Source: Eremomyces bilateralis CBS 781.70 | Lineage: Eukaryota | Assembly (NCBI GenBank): GCA_010015585.1 | Contig: ML975156.1 | Strand: one strand, 5' to 3' | Length of the DNA stretch: 64,000 bases | In this document: positions 1-13,000 of the stretch, one piece after another | Numbering within the stretch: position 1 is the first letter of the stretch | Layout of the letters: each line of letters starts with the position of its first letter | Notes under the pieces: generated by a model | What the model saw: the letters and a program-made list of their open reading frames with translations, nothing else | Database searches by the model: none | Told to the model about the DNA's origin: nothing | Translations under genes and position numbers: made by a program

Positions 1-285
1 TATGGACTGCTGAAAGGCTGTGGCCTGTGGGTGACTTCAGAGGTACGGCTAGGGGTTTCTGCCGCTGCGAAGGTGGAAGAGTCCCGGCTGCACGTGCATT
101 TTGGAGGCAGTTGTCGAAATAGGGTAAAGAACGTCCCAACTCCGATTCCGCGATCCGTATACCGGCGGCTATGGCATTATTATTTCCGAAATATTAACCG
201 TTAGCAAGTTCGGGTCGGACCCTGAAGTTCCTCGAGCAGCTGTTTGGTGGTTCAGAGACGGGACAGGGACTCGCCATGGAGAGAG

Positions 286-291
286 CCTCGG
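286..291 (+). promoter_or_regulatory. Possible FarA/FarB (Ctf1-type) fatty-acid response site CCTCGG
   Basis: Single CCTCGG about 205 bp upstream of the SDR ATG. A lone hexamer can occur by chance. Confidence 0.25.
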
Positions 292-495
292 CAATTTTAC
301 GGAGATGCTACAGCTACCCGCGGTCTCGAGGAGGATGAATCGAGCAATCTCCTTGAATACATGCCGACATTCTTGTTGTTTCGGTAGTTAGAAAAGGACT
401 TGTTCGTTTCTTGCTCTCGAATCTCGATCTTTCCAACCGCAACCTACATTTTTCATCCCATCATACCTATCAAATCGCTATCATCGTCACCCATC

Positions 496-1457
496 ATGGT
501 TAACTATCCCAAAGGTCTCTTCGCCGGCCAGACGGCCATCATCACCGGCTCTGGTCAGGGTATTGGTGCAGAGGCAGCTAGACTGTTTGCTGCTGAGGGT
601 GCCAACGTTGTCATTGCCGATGTCGACGCAAGTAAGTCTCATACTGCCCAATGCATGTCATCGACCCATCGCTAATGAGGAGCGTCCAACAGCCAAGGCC
701 AATGATGTTGCCTCCAAGATCAACTCGAGCGGCGGCAGGGCGCTCGCCGTCCCCGGCGATATCATGAACGAGGCCTACATCCCGGATCTGGTTAAGAAGG
801 CCGGTGAGTTCGGCAACGGCAAGATCCACATCATCATCAACAACGCCGGGTATACCTGGGATGGTGTGATTCACAAGGTGATTCCCCCTCATCCGGAATC
901 CTCCACCTGTTGGCTAATCCGTGAAATAGATGACCGATAAGCAATGGGATACCATCGTCGCGCTGCACTGCACCGCTCCGTTCCGCCTGGTCCGCGAGGC
1001 CGCTCGGTTCTTCCGCGTCAAGGACGGCGAGCCGCGAGTCATCATCAACATCTCCTCCACTTCCGGCATTCATGGCAACGCCGGCCAAGCCAACTATGCC
1101 CTCGCCAAGGCCGGTGTGGTCGGGTTGACCAAGACCATCGCGAAGGAATGGGGACCGCAATTCGGCGTGCGCGCCAACACGATCGCATTCGGGTACATCA
1201 TGACCCGTTTGACCGAAGCGAAGGAGAAGGGTGCGTTCGTTACGTTGCCGGATGGTGAGAAGGTTGCCCTGGGGATTCCGACGGCACAGCAGGCGGCGAA
1301 AGGCCAGGGCCCGGTGGCACCAACATATCCGGATATCCCGCTCCGGAGACCAGGGAGCGCGACCGAGGCGGCTGGATCGATTCTTGCAACATGCAGCCCG
1401 TACATGAGCTATGTGAGCGGGCAGACCATCATGGTGACTGGTGGCAGGAATATCTAA
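496..1457 (+). CDS. Short-chain dehydrogenase/reductase (FabG/3-oxoacyl reductase-like), 3 exons
   Basis: TGSGQGIG Rossmann motif, NNAG, catalytic S and YALAK. Introns 632-692 (GTAAGT..CTAAT..CAG) and 878-929 (GTGATT..CTAAT..TAG) join the ORFs at 400, 563 and 930. Confidence 0.93.
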
Positions 1458-2773
1458 GGCAAGAAGGGGTTTGCGTGTGAGATGTATATAAAATGTTGAT
1501 TGGGAATATGACTCTTTTAGTTAGCGACAACATGATGTATACCATGAACCTTTCTGAACCGATAAGCACGTGACATAATATAGTGCTATTAGGACCCAAC
1601 GCCAACTCATCGCAAAGGTCAACCACCAAATGGATCCCTGGGGCATCGACAGCATCGTATCACTCAATCACGGCGTCACGTGACGGACACAGGGGATAAA
1701 TAGGTGTAGATATATTCCAGTACAGAAGCTATTTCAAGATTCATTTGATGATTTATTATCCAAGCACTGTGCCACAGCAGGAGGATCATTAAGATTCTGA
1801 TTTCTGGGAAATAAAGCACTAATGCAGGTACACTGTAGAAATCCCGACGATGGCGTCGAGTTCTGTGTGTCGCGTTCGTTATTCTGAAACACGCGGACAG
1901 ACGAGGCCGAGAGTCCAGACAGTCGCTGGGAATTGAAGGACGTTTTATCGGTTTTAACATCCATCCAGCCCACCGCACCCCTCCGCCCATGAAACACTCA
2001 CTCTCAATTCGATCATCTTCATTCAGACTTCAACCCAATATCCACCGCATTCTTATCCGATATTCCAACCTTCTGCTCCCAGTGGCCAGTAGAAGCATTC
2101 CTTCCTTGGAGTTTCGACACGGGATTGTTGTCGTGGAGAGCGACCCGCATCACCAGAGTGACCGAGTCCACTGCGAGTCGGTGACACAGCCCCGAAACAA
2201 GATACATTCATCGGTACATTCATCAATATTTCATGTGCTACAATCCTTGATCTTCGCTCGTTTTGTTTTCTGGAGCTTCGTCCGTTCAATATCTTTAGAA
2301 GGAATCCGATATCTTGCATTGGACACGTCTTGGAGGCATTAAACACCTTGGATCCTGCCAGCTGTTTCGACGACCCGCTACCGAGAGATATCGCACTTGC
2401 ATCTCATATTAAAGTCCTCACCCTCTGTTCTTTACTTCCCTGCGCGTCCCCCGTCGACGCCGTTTCCTGGACTCGGACTTGAAGGTGAGGAAGAGAAATC
2501 TACTTGGTTCAACGTATCCGTCCTTGCCTCCTTGGGCGCAATGTTTGGCTCCCGCGTGTTCTGCTTTTGCTTCCCATCCTCATCTCCCAGCATTACCCAT
2601 CGTCTTATCCAGCATATTATCACCGCCAACCAAACGTTCTTTGAATATTTCCTTTGCATATTCAGAATTCCCCTCTTGATCATCCTCCCAAATTCTTTCA
2701 ATCCAGTGTACTTAGCCCCTGGTCGCCTCTACTCGTGCCTACCCCCTGGCTTTTGAGAGTCGGCAACAGCAAG

Positions 2774-3322
2774 ATGAATAAACTCCGAGCACGTCTTCCC
2801 ACCAGGGGAAACAAGGACGTTTCAAGTCCCAAGGTCTCCACGATCCAACTCCAACGCTCGTCTCTTATGGTCATGTCGTTCTTCACCCCTCCCTTGGCCG
2901 TGTTGCTCTCCGGCGGATCTGGATTGCAGGTGTTCCTCAACCTGATGCTCACGATTCTCACCTTTGGCATTGGAGGCGTGGTTCATGCCTTGGTGTACAT
3001 CACAAGGTCGAAGACGAGCATTTTCTCCTCAAACTCCATGATACGACCCGGCCTTACCATCACCCAGACCACCTACATTCCGGGACCTCCTCTGCCGAAC
3101 GGGCAGCAATTCACCGTGATAAAGACTCCTACTGGAACCAAAGCAGTTCCACTGTCTACCCCGAAGCCGCCCCATAATAACGTGTCTGGACACACCAATG
3201 CTCCGAGGACCGGGTTGCAGCAGTACAACTCGCAGCAAACCCGTCAAGCTCCAACCACCCTACCCCCAACTTTGGAACATGTACCAAGAGATTCGAGGCG
3301 TCTCGCCTCAGCTCCGCATTAA
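2774..3322 (+). CDS. Small membrane protein with a Pmp3/UPF0057 (proteolipid membrane potential modulator) domain and a P/T/Q-rich tail
   Basis: Hydrophobic hairpin MSFFTPPLAVLLSGGSGLQVFLNLMLTILTFGIGGVVHALVYI matches the Pmp3 pattern (PPLAV...NLxLTIL...GxxHA). First ATG at 2774 is in the frame of ORF 2654-3322. Confidence 0.7.
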   Translation: MNKLRARLPTRGNKDVSSPKVSTIQLQRSSLMVMSFFTPPLAVLLSGGSGLQVFLNLMLTILTFGIGGVVHALVYITRSKTSIFSSNSMIRPGLTITQTTYIPGPPLPNGQQFTVIKTPTGTKAVPLSTPKPPHNNVSGHTNAPRTGLQQYNSQQTRQAPTTLPPTLEHVPRDSRRLASAPH

Positions 3323-3489
3323 ACTTTCGCTTCCCTCCCGTGGTTCGGGCCTAATCTGAAGGCATGAGGAAACGTGACCCGTCCTGCCCGCCACCATATT
3401 GTTACTTTTATTGAACTCTGAAAATAATCCCGCTCTTGCTAACTTTTTTATTTGGATAGACCCGCGGGAGGTACCGCCAGCCGTGAACG

Positions 3490-5502
3490 ATGTGGAAGCG
3501 GCTGCGTGGGAAGGAGACGCAGATCAGTAACCCTACACTGATTGACACGACCTACGATGGGAACACCTTCGATCGACTCTACAATGTCTCCGATCTGAGC
3601 CCAACCAGTCCATCAAACACCGTACGACCCCTCCCTTCCAACCTCAATGCCGACGCCATCCGTACACCTCAGCCAAGAAAGCTATAGTGAGTGGGACGTC
3701 GTCCTTACTTTGCCTGACGCCCTTCTAATTTCTGCAGCACATCAATCGCGCCGTTGGTTGATAGCCATGCCCAGCGAGCCTCAGAAGCTCCGTCATCAGT
3801 CTATTCTGAAGATGCCCGAGATTTGCCGTACCAACAAAAGTACAATAACCCAAGACATGGTCAGACAGGATATTTTCACGAGGAAATCTCCCCCCCAGCC
3901 TCGCCGGATCTTTCACCTAACCTAGCATATCAACGCCGATCAGTCTCCCCTGTGGATCATTCAACACCCGACCGTCAAGGACTGCCTTCGCGATCCCCTC
4001 AAAGCCAAATACCAGTCATGAAGAGATCCCCCGGGGGGCCAGGTGTCGATGCCGGCCGAGACGGCCGGACTGCATCCGGCAGTACTACGAAATGGGATAC
4101 ATACTCGGGGGAACCGACGACAAGCGAGAAAGGCCGTCCTGGATCCTTTCGCCCAGGCGATGTTATCGACGCCGATAGTGAGGTTCCATCGAAGCTTCAA
4201 CATCCGGCTTTCTCGCAGCACGACACCGATGAACGAAGTAAAATCCAAGCGTTTTCCCAACGTGCTGCACGGCTCACGAACCGGGATCAAAAGAAATCCA
4301 TCGAGACACAACCCCGGAAGCCGTGGAAGGGCGCAAGCGGTCGCCAACCAATCGTGCCTCCCCCTTCGGACCAGATAGAACCACGCGAGCATCCCATCCC
4401 GATTCCGCCGCGAAGCAGTAAACGACCAGGACCGCCATCGAGAGCGGGTGATGGCTCGCCCATGTCAAATATGCGCATGGCACCTTCGAACGAGGCACTT
4501 GGCGTTTCAGCCGTACGACCGGCTCGGTCCGATAGCTATGGAACCAATATTAAAGGCGCTGGGGGGAGGGATAGTCCTCAGGTAACGGCGCAAACAAACT
4601 CGTCAGCAAACACGATCATTCCTGCAAGTCCATCGCCACAGGTACGGGGAGGCCCCGCAGCGCCACGAGAATTGGAGCCGAATAATCGTCGTCAAGCTCA
4701 CCAGCGGAAACCGTCTGACAAACGGATACCTCGCAAGTCGATCGACACGACTGCCAGCGCCGCTGATCCCAACGACCCAACTAGCCGGTTCAGTTGGACA
4801 ACGTACGCCACCAACACGACCTATCAGAATTCTCCGCCCCCTTCTCCACCTCCGCCGATTCCAGCCGCATTCGCAAACGGAGGTGGCATGCTGAACCGTG
4901 GTCGACCAATTCCGGTTGATAAGGAAGAAGGTGCACCATATGCGGACGCCCCTTCACAGCCTCATAAGATATCTCCTGTCCAACGCACCCGAGAGGACAA
5001 AGAGAACGAGCCGGCGTCTTCCACCCGAAAGCCAATTCAATACGCGCAGATCAACACGAGAGTCGTCGGTATCTCTGACCCCTCATCCAACACTTTCCGT
5101 GATGGATCTCGATCAGTCACTCCCACCACCGGTAGTGGAATGTCTTCTACCCGTCAAGGTGGTGGGAAGGCCCTCCCCGCTCCCCCTCCAGACCCGACCC
5201 AAGATCCCAATGACCACATTGCCGCTCTGCAATCGAGGCTCGACGACCTCTCCCACCAACGCGTCAATATTGCGAAAGCAGAGCAGTCAATTCGTGCGCA
5301 GCAGCCACAAAACCCACTGATCACGGATCTGAAGGCGATGAGGGAGTTTGAGCGGAAGCTGGAGGCACTGCGCGAGGAGCTGTCGGAGGTGAAGAGGGAG
5401 GAACACGAGATTGGGTTAAAAGTGCATCGGGCATGGAAGAAGAGGGAGAAGGAAGAAGGAGGCTGGGATGGTGGACTTTGGGTGAGGCGCGTCACTGGAT
5501 GA
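3490..5502 (+). CDS. Uncharacterised fungal protein: disordered Ser/Pro-rich body, C-terminal coiled coil ending LWVRRVTG
   Basis: ORF 3490-3687 joins ORF 3754-5502 in frame through intron 3687-3737 (GTGAGT..CTAAT..CAG). Coiled-coil heptads at about 5220-5450. Confidence 0.8.
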
Positions 5503-5961
5503 CGCTCTAGAATGGCGATTGAGGCGAGGCGAGCAGACGGCTTTCTGCATCCACTATTGCGAAGGGTACATAAGTTGAATTGGTATGGTTGGTATTTCCT
5601 CCAACTGGTTGGGGTGCTCTCTGGCGTGAGGACGTTTTTCAGCATTTCTCTCACGATTGCGTCTCTTGTTGGGCTTTCTTGTAACTTCATACCCTAGTTA
5701 ACGTTAGCGGTTCCTTAGTTTCTGAATCCACAACGGTGATATTATCTGGCAATGGGTATAATAGTGATGAACCTTGCACATTCGCAGTTACACCGAAGGT
5801 GTGGCTTATATGGAGTGCAGTTTCATAGTATCTCATGCCGCTATATAAAATCGTAAACGCCCACGCTTGTTGGCTGCTAAGAAAACAATTCGACGAATGT
5901 GAGGTTTATATGTCCGTTATCATATTTAGCCAGGTGGGATTTCAGGCTCAGATGCCACCAA

Positions 5962-8440
5962 TCACACATGCTGCCGCCACAAACGAACTCGAGCCGCTCC
6001 AGTCCTTCCGCCGTCCAACCCGGCCATGTTGGAACTAGTCACTCCATCTGCAGGACTCGCTTCTCGCCCCCGACCTACCCGCTGTCTCGACTCGGGTTCA
6101 TGACGAACCAGTCTCGTCCGTCTCGGCCGCTGCGGCCTGTCCTCGACCTCTTCAGCATGCGGCTCCTCAATTGCATCGAGGATTCGGTCCACGCGATTCC
6201 GTTCCGCACGATTGGCTGCCCGGGCCCTCGCCGTCGATCTCCGTCTCTCAGGCCGTGGCGCTTCCGGAGCCATCGGCTCGTCACTTAGATCGGCGAGGGC
6301 GAGCCGACGTGCCAAGTGCTCATCCTCACGCTCCTGCTGTCTCCGACGAGCACCCCTGTGGCCTTCGGCAGGGGGGGGTGGAGGTGGCGGCACGGGGATT
6401 GCCTGGGCATGGGCGTCAAACACGCGAAGGTTCAAGGGTGGTGCGCCGGGCGGAGGTGGGGGTGGGGGCGGCATGGGGCCGTCGTTGCGGTTTCGTCGAG
6501 GTCGTCGCGGGAATCCGGCTGGAAATGGATCAAAAGGATCGGGATTCTGGCCGAAGGCGAATATGAAAGGGTCGGGTGGTGCCAAGTTGGCAGGATCGGG
6601 AGGGACGTTGAACCATGGACAATCGCACGTTTTCCATTTCAAACCGCATATCATGCAGAATTCAGCCGTGCAGTGACTGGGACAGAGTTAGTGAGGCTAG
6701 AATGAACCGACCATCTATCAAACTCACCATGTCATATGGTTGCAGCCCTCCCGAAGTTCTACCATGGTCTTGCAATTGTAACACCGTTGCCAGCCCTCCT
6801 CTTTGGCCAGGTCGACCACTCTCTTTGTCTCCTCGTCATTGGGACAATCTTTCCTACCGTGCCATTTCTGGTTACAGATCCGGCAGACCTTCATCCCGCA
6901 ACGCTTACATGTGCCATATTGACGGCCCGTAGCGCCATCCGATTTGATGTGGTTGGGTTTAATCCACTCCCCACACCCCTTCTTCGGGCAGTACATTCGA
7001 TTTTTGGTCGTATATTCTTGATACTTGCGGTTCCACTTCCGCTTGAACGGATCATCGAAGAGGGGTGCGACATGTCGTAAGGGGATGAGGCGGTCCGTGC
7101 AGCACTTCGGGGGCATCAGAGAGGGATCGGTGATAGATAAGTTGAAGACCCGTTTCAAGCAAGAGTTGCACATATGGTGGCTACAATCGAGCTTTGCGGC
7201 TTTCCGCGGTAGAACGTCGTCTAAACAGGAGATACACTCGACTCTGTGAATAAAATCGTTAGGTACTACACGAATCTCGAGCCGTTTATCGAGAGAAACT
7301 ACCTTGTCTCTTCCATGTTAGGAGCGGCTGCTGGAGCCGAATAGCCCAGGGATGAAAAGATTCCCGAATTTCGTTTGCGATGATGGTCCGGAACCCGAGG
7401 CCTAGGCGGGGGTGGTTCGGCCACGGCCGATATCATGCTGTTCGCTGCCTCGAAGACGGTGGCCACCGTCTCCATACCGGATGGTTTGGGCAGCTCCTTT
7501 CTGCGAGCAAGCGATGGTCGTATAACCATGGGCCGCGTGGACATGGTGTTGCTTCTTCTCATGGAAGGGCGAGTCTGCAAGACCGGTGCGATGGATGGCG
7601 CAATGGAACTGGAAACCACTGAGGCTGGACGTCGCATTGATGGAGATGGGTATGTGGGTCGTCCGAAAAGTCCTTCTAGGAACGATCTATTAGACGGTAA
7701 GCATACCTATCGGTGCAGCCACTCTATAGCATGAATGCTCACCCAGACTGTCTGCCATGCGGTCTCGTGTATCCCGAGACGCTTGATCGTCTCCGCACGT
7801 GTTCCGACGGTCGCTCGACGTCACCCGTGGCGTGCGCAATGGTCTGACGCCCTCGTATGAAATCGTATGCCTCAAGCTGCTCATGTCGCGGGCTCATGCG
7901 GTAGCCCGTTTCCCCGTATAGGTGTTCGCAGCTGTTGTGATGGCTGTCAACCCGAATGTTACTTCGCCGTGGCTCCGGCGATGGCGAACGCGATAGGATG
8001 GATGCCGGACGACGAGGGGATGGAGGATACGGATGGACCGACCGTCGGGATATGCGCCGGGGTGACGGCGCCTCGTGGACACGGCGTCGGCCACTATATG
8101 ATGTCGAGCGGCTGCCGGAGTCGGAGTTCTCCATCGGGGATCGCCATCGTCGCCGAGGTGAATAATCGTCATCGTGTCGCTCATATCGCGACACTCGCTC
8201 CGACTCCCGGCGTTGGCTGGGTGAAGGAGTTTGTCTCCTTTTGCCTTTGCTTGCTTCTCTGTCACCGGCTCTTCGTCTGTGCCGATCTCGCTCCGTGACC
8301 CTCGATGCGGCCTCCTCCTCCTCTTCGTCGATTATCGATTCGCTCCTCCTTCGATGCGGATCTCGGTATGTTGTCCGCCGCCCATATTTCCTCCTCGAGC
8401 GATCGCTTGGTCCTAGATCAGATCGTATATCGTTCGCCAT
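5962..8440 (-). CDS. RBR (RING-IBR-RING) E3 ubiquitin ligase-like protein, 4 exons
   Basis: RING1 VECISCLDD..CSHHMCNSC..PPKCC; IBR YCPKKGC..CKRC..CRICNQKWHGRKDC; RING2 QRCYNC..EGCNHMTCHCTAEFCMICG..CDC. Introns 7742-7687, 7302-7244 and 6727-6677. N-terminus is Arg/Ser-rich. Confidence 0.88.
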
Positions 8441-10083
8441 GCGTGTACTGGCACATCCATCGCTCGCTGGACCGAATATAGGGATGTTGAATGGCTTCCG
8501 ATCCTTCTCTTGAGATTAAAGCCCTGGAGCACACCGAGCCTTGTTCGCGAGGTGCGATACAAACTGACCGACGGCGAAGAAGGAAAGAATGCAGTCGAGG
8601 GGTTGTCACCAGTTGCTGCCAGTTCAGGAAAGGCTTTCTCGGGCGTGCGTAGGTGGCAAGCATTCGGCGACCGGTGAGAGGTGCGGCAGGATCAAGCCTG
8701 TTCGCCTTGCTGCATATCACTGGCGCACAGCGCATGTAGTGTTGGCCATGGTCAGGTAGGGGTCGGAATGCTTTGGGCTTCGACGCGGTGCAGAGGAGAC
8801 GGAATGATGGGGCGAAATAGTGCGACCGCAACGCGATCCAACTGCAGCTACTAAAAGCTAATGAATTATGGTCCAACACTCCAAGGACTAGAAGCTTGAC
8901 GATGCTCCAGCGGATGAGAGGATCCCGGAAGGTATATCATTTGTGATCAGACGGAGTACCCAGCAGTATTGTCTGGAGCTCGAGCGGCAGGAGATTCAGG
9001 GACTTGATGCCTTGGGCGTTAAGGCACCTAGACTTTCCCGTGTTGATTACTGTCCATCACATCAGATCCTTACTGCCCAAGGCACCATTATAATGCGACA
9101 TCAATTATCGATTGCGATGTTATCCTGTGATATTTCCATTCTAAACGGGATGCATCGAAGCTTCGCGTAATTATAAGCGATCATCAGCCGGTGGGACATG
9201 GTCGGCAGAAACGTGGAGTTAACCTCCCACGCGACGCAATGAACGTCGATATCATGGGCTACAGCGGATCATTCTATCGCAGTGTGCACTGAACATCACC
9301 GGAACACGATTTGAGAACATCGTTTGAGTTTCTGTCTGCTACGTCTAATCCACCTCCAATTTTTTCCCTCGCTCACCGCAGTGCTGCGCCATCCCGAAAG
9401 CCACGAAGATAGGAGAAGGAAGGGTGGGAAAGGAGTTACTAATGCATGTATATAAACAGCTCGGCGGGCACCGGCAAGCGGCCCGGATGCTCCGCAGAGA
9501 GAAGGAAATCAGAAGGAGAGAAAGGCGTTTCCCGGGAAACGACCATCCAGGCTCGTAGGTGATGGAAGGCCGTGACCGAGAGATTTCGATCGGGAGCTCG
9601 ACTAGTCGATCGACGTCGCTCGTGCGATCTGACCGTCGGCAAAGGAAACTGAATGGAGAAGAGCGAAAAGGAAGGAAGCCGAAAAGGGAAGCACACCCAT
9701 GTCGATATGTGCAACAGACAGGAAATAAGACCCCTTGTCCCAGAGCCCGCCCTCTATGCTTGGGAAAAGGGAAAAAAAGAAATCGACAATCAGACTTTTA
9801 GTAATCGCGAACAACGCAAAACCCGTGAAAAGGCCGATGCCAATGCAATGCAAAGTGAAACTCTCTCGCAGCCTATGCCCAAAGCAACCACCTTCCTTGA
9901 CCCCGACCGTGGAGGTGACAAGAAGGCAAGGAAGTGAAGTCTATTTCCTGCGCACAGATGCAAGTTCCGGAGTCAGTTCCGTCGCTCATGGGAGAGAAAC
10001 CGATCCCCGTCTATTTCGATGAATGGAAGGCAGACAGGAGCCACCGAAATAAATGGTTGGTGTCTCCGTGGGGTATCATAGAA

Positions 10084-13000
10084 TTATGCCGCGTTCGATT
10101 CGGCCGTCGCCTCCTTCCTCTCGTCGCTCCCACCCGCGGCAGTCTTTGGAGCCGCAATGGCACTTCCGTTCGCAGGATTGCTCCTGGTCATGGGTGGAGA
10201 TGACGGGGCGGAAGGGGCGGCAGCTTCTTCGGCAGCTTCTCCGGATGTATCCATGGCTGCCAGGGCGCTGAAGATCGTTAATAAACCGTCCGAATATCCT
10301 GAAAGATGGTGGGTCTTACCTGAAAGAGTTTGCACTCGCGTTGGACTCTTTATCCTTGACTGGCGGTGTCCCGGTTCGGGAGCTGCCACCACTGTCTTCG
10401 CCTCCTCGGCCCAACCCGGGCGGACCTAATCCCCTCCGACCACTGCCACTCCTGCTACCAAACATGCTGGGCGCAAAGCTAGTGTTGACCCCAGAGCTCA
10501 CGTTGCGACCGGACCCGCCGCGTTGGGAAAGCTTGCGAAGATCGGCGATCTCGACCTGGTTGCGAGGGTAGTCGGGCGGTCCCATGTGGCCGGAGAATGT
10601 TCGCGAGTCGCCCCGACCCACGTTGGGCCGACTTCCACGCTGGTGTGAACGTTGGCGCTCCAACTCCTGCGCTGCTTTCGCAGCCATCGCCTCGGTGTGA
10701 ATCTCTTGGATGGTCTTGGGGCCCTTATTGGTCTCCTTCGACCGCCAGTTGGTTCTCCGAAGGTCAACCACATCCATCAGCATGAAGCGCATTCGGCTCG
10801 GAAGCCCATCCATGCTGAGGATCTTGTCGATGCGCTCGAAGTAGTGGTTCATGGCGGCTTGGCCTTTCTCGTCGCTGTCCATGGCTTCGCCGATGGTCCG
10901 GAGAAGTTTGGATAAGCTCTCGATGGCGGTCTCGTCTGGCAAGCCCTCAAAATTGAGCAGCTTGAGCACGCACTCGTGCATGATCCGTCCCGTCAACATG
11001 CCAAGCTTGAACAGCTCACCGATGAACTGGATGAGGCCCAAGCCGCGTCGTTTTGCGCCAGCAGCGATGTAGTACTCATCGGAGAGCATGGCAGCCGCCT
11101 CGGTTTGGCCCTCCGGCTGGTCGGGTAGATTGATTTCCCATCCACGCTCGAACTCCTCCTGGCACCGGTTGAGAAGGTATTTGCGGAATAGTGGGCCACC
11201 GACAACTGGGTTTCCGTTCTTGTCCTTGACGTTCTCATCCTTGATGTCCTTGCTCATTTTAGCAAGCATCAAACTGCAGAACTTGGCGTACATGGACGCC
11301 CAATGGGCTTCGTCGCAAGCCTTCTCGAACGTCAGCTGGATGATTTGACGAAGAGTACGACCGTCACTCTCGTGCTTCGATTGTTCGGCAATGGTGAGAA
11401 TGTCGTTCGAGATCTTGTCAAACTTCTCGGGTGTCATCTTATTGAGAGCCGCCTTGACCTTTCGCTGGACCGCGTCCGGTGGCAGGAAACCACTTGGTAG
11501 AGGTTGCTGCGCCCCAGTGGCGAGGCTCATCGGCTTCCAACCGGTGGACGAGACTTCCAAAGGCTTGAGTTCTTGGCCCGCGGTGAGTGGCATCGATGCA
11601 GCGTGCTGTGCTTGCTCGCGGGCACTCATACCCTTCTCCTGTCCACGTCGGCTACCACCCTTGCCCCGGGCACTTCCACCAGGACGAGGGGAATTCATGT
11701 TCTGCTGAGACATGCTGTGTGATGAACCTTGTCTTTGCATCAGAGGAGGACCGCCAACAGGGAAGCCACCGGGACGACCGGGGAAAGTTCCGAAGGGATT
11801 GGCACCCATCGGCGAAGGTCGGGCTCCCATGGAGGAAGCCGCAAATCTCGCCTCCGATGTCGTGCCCGGCGGAAGAGTCCGGCCTGGGGGCCCTTGGACT
11901 CCGAAAGCGCCCATGGCACCACTGGCCAATCCAGAACCCATGCCGCCACGAGAAGGTTGGCGACCAGCCCCGGAGGGAGTTCGAGCAGAACCAGGGCGAG
12001 ATGAGTCGGACGGGTCGCCGACAGTCTCGCGGAGCTTCTGGTCCCAGTCCGTCCCAGGTTTTTCCTTAAACACATCTTGGAATTGAAGGAGGAACTCTTT
12101 GTCGTATTGACGGCCGAGGGTCTTGCTTCCTTGGTTGAGAGCGGGATTCGGCGACTGGATACCGGTGGGGTAAACGACGGACTCGGAGTGCACCGCAAGG
12201 AATCGAGCGGACTTCAACGCTTGCATTCCGGGCGTAGGCGGATCAGGCGCACCACCTTTGGCGGACGGGATCTTCAGAGGCTCGGGCTTCGGTTTTGAAG
12301 CGGTCGGCACGGGAGACTTCGACACGGCTTGAGCGGGAGGTGGCATGATGGTATCGGAACTTGGAGTTGAAGTACCGCTCCCACTGGCGCCCATGCGTGC
12401 ACCAGGGCCGAGGGTCGGTCGCTTCAGCGATGCGAAAAGTTTCTCTCGCTCCGCCTTGTCTTCCGCCGTATCGGTTTTCTCGGCTTCCTTCTTTTTTTGA
12501 CGGGCTTCTTCGGCCTCCTCGGCCTCGCGTTCGGCGCGTTTGAGATCGTCCTCTTCGCGAGAAGCGGCTTCCTTCTCCCGTAAGCGCCTCTCTTCCGCCT
12601 CCCGCTTCTTCTTCTCTTGGTACTTGATCTCACGCTCTTCCTCCTCACGGGCCTCCTGCTCTGCCTGGCGGATCCACTCTTCCTCATCATCTTCCGGTGG
12701 GATAGCGTCGGTCGGCTTCTCCTTTTCATCCTGAACGGTAGGCGGAGCGACTTTATCGGCCTCTTTCACCTCTTCCTCCTTGGGTTTCGGAGCAGCAGCC
12801 GGAGCAGCGACCTCGGTCTCTTCCTTCTCTGCCGTAGGTTTGACCTCCGCTTCTCCCTTCTCTCGCTTGGCTTGTTCCTCCAAGTTCCTCTTGAACTGCT
12901 CTTCGAACTCTTGCTTCTTTTCCGCGCTCGTCTTTGACGGCTGTGGGTCGACTTTTGCCGGCTCGGGCTCTTTCGCGGCAATAGAGGCGGTGGAAGCGAT

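Noticed and set aside
7687..7742. Internal AG|GTATGC in the first RBR intron suggesting recursive or twin-intron splicing
   Set aside because: The resulting pieces (36 and 20 nt) are too short; a single 56-nt intron fits.
9598..9609. 12-bp palindrome TCGACTAGTCGA in the probable eIF4G 3'UTR
   Set aside because: Several palindromes of this length are expected by chance in 64 kb.
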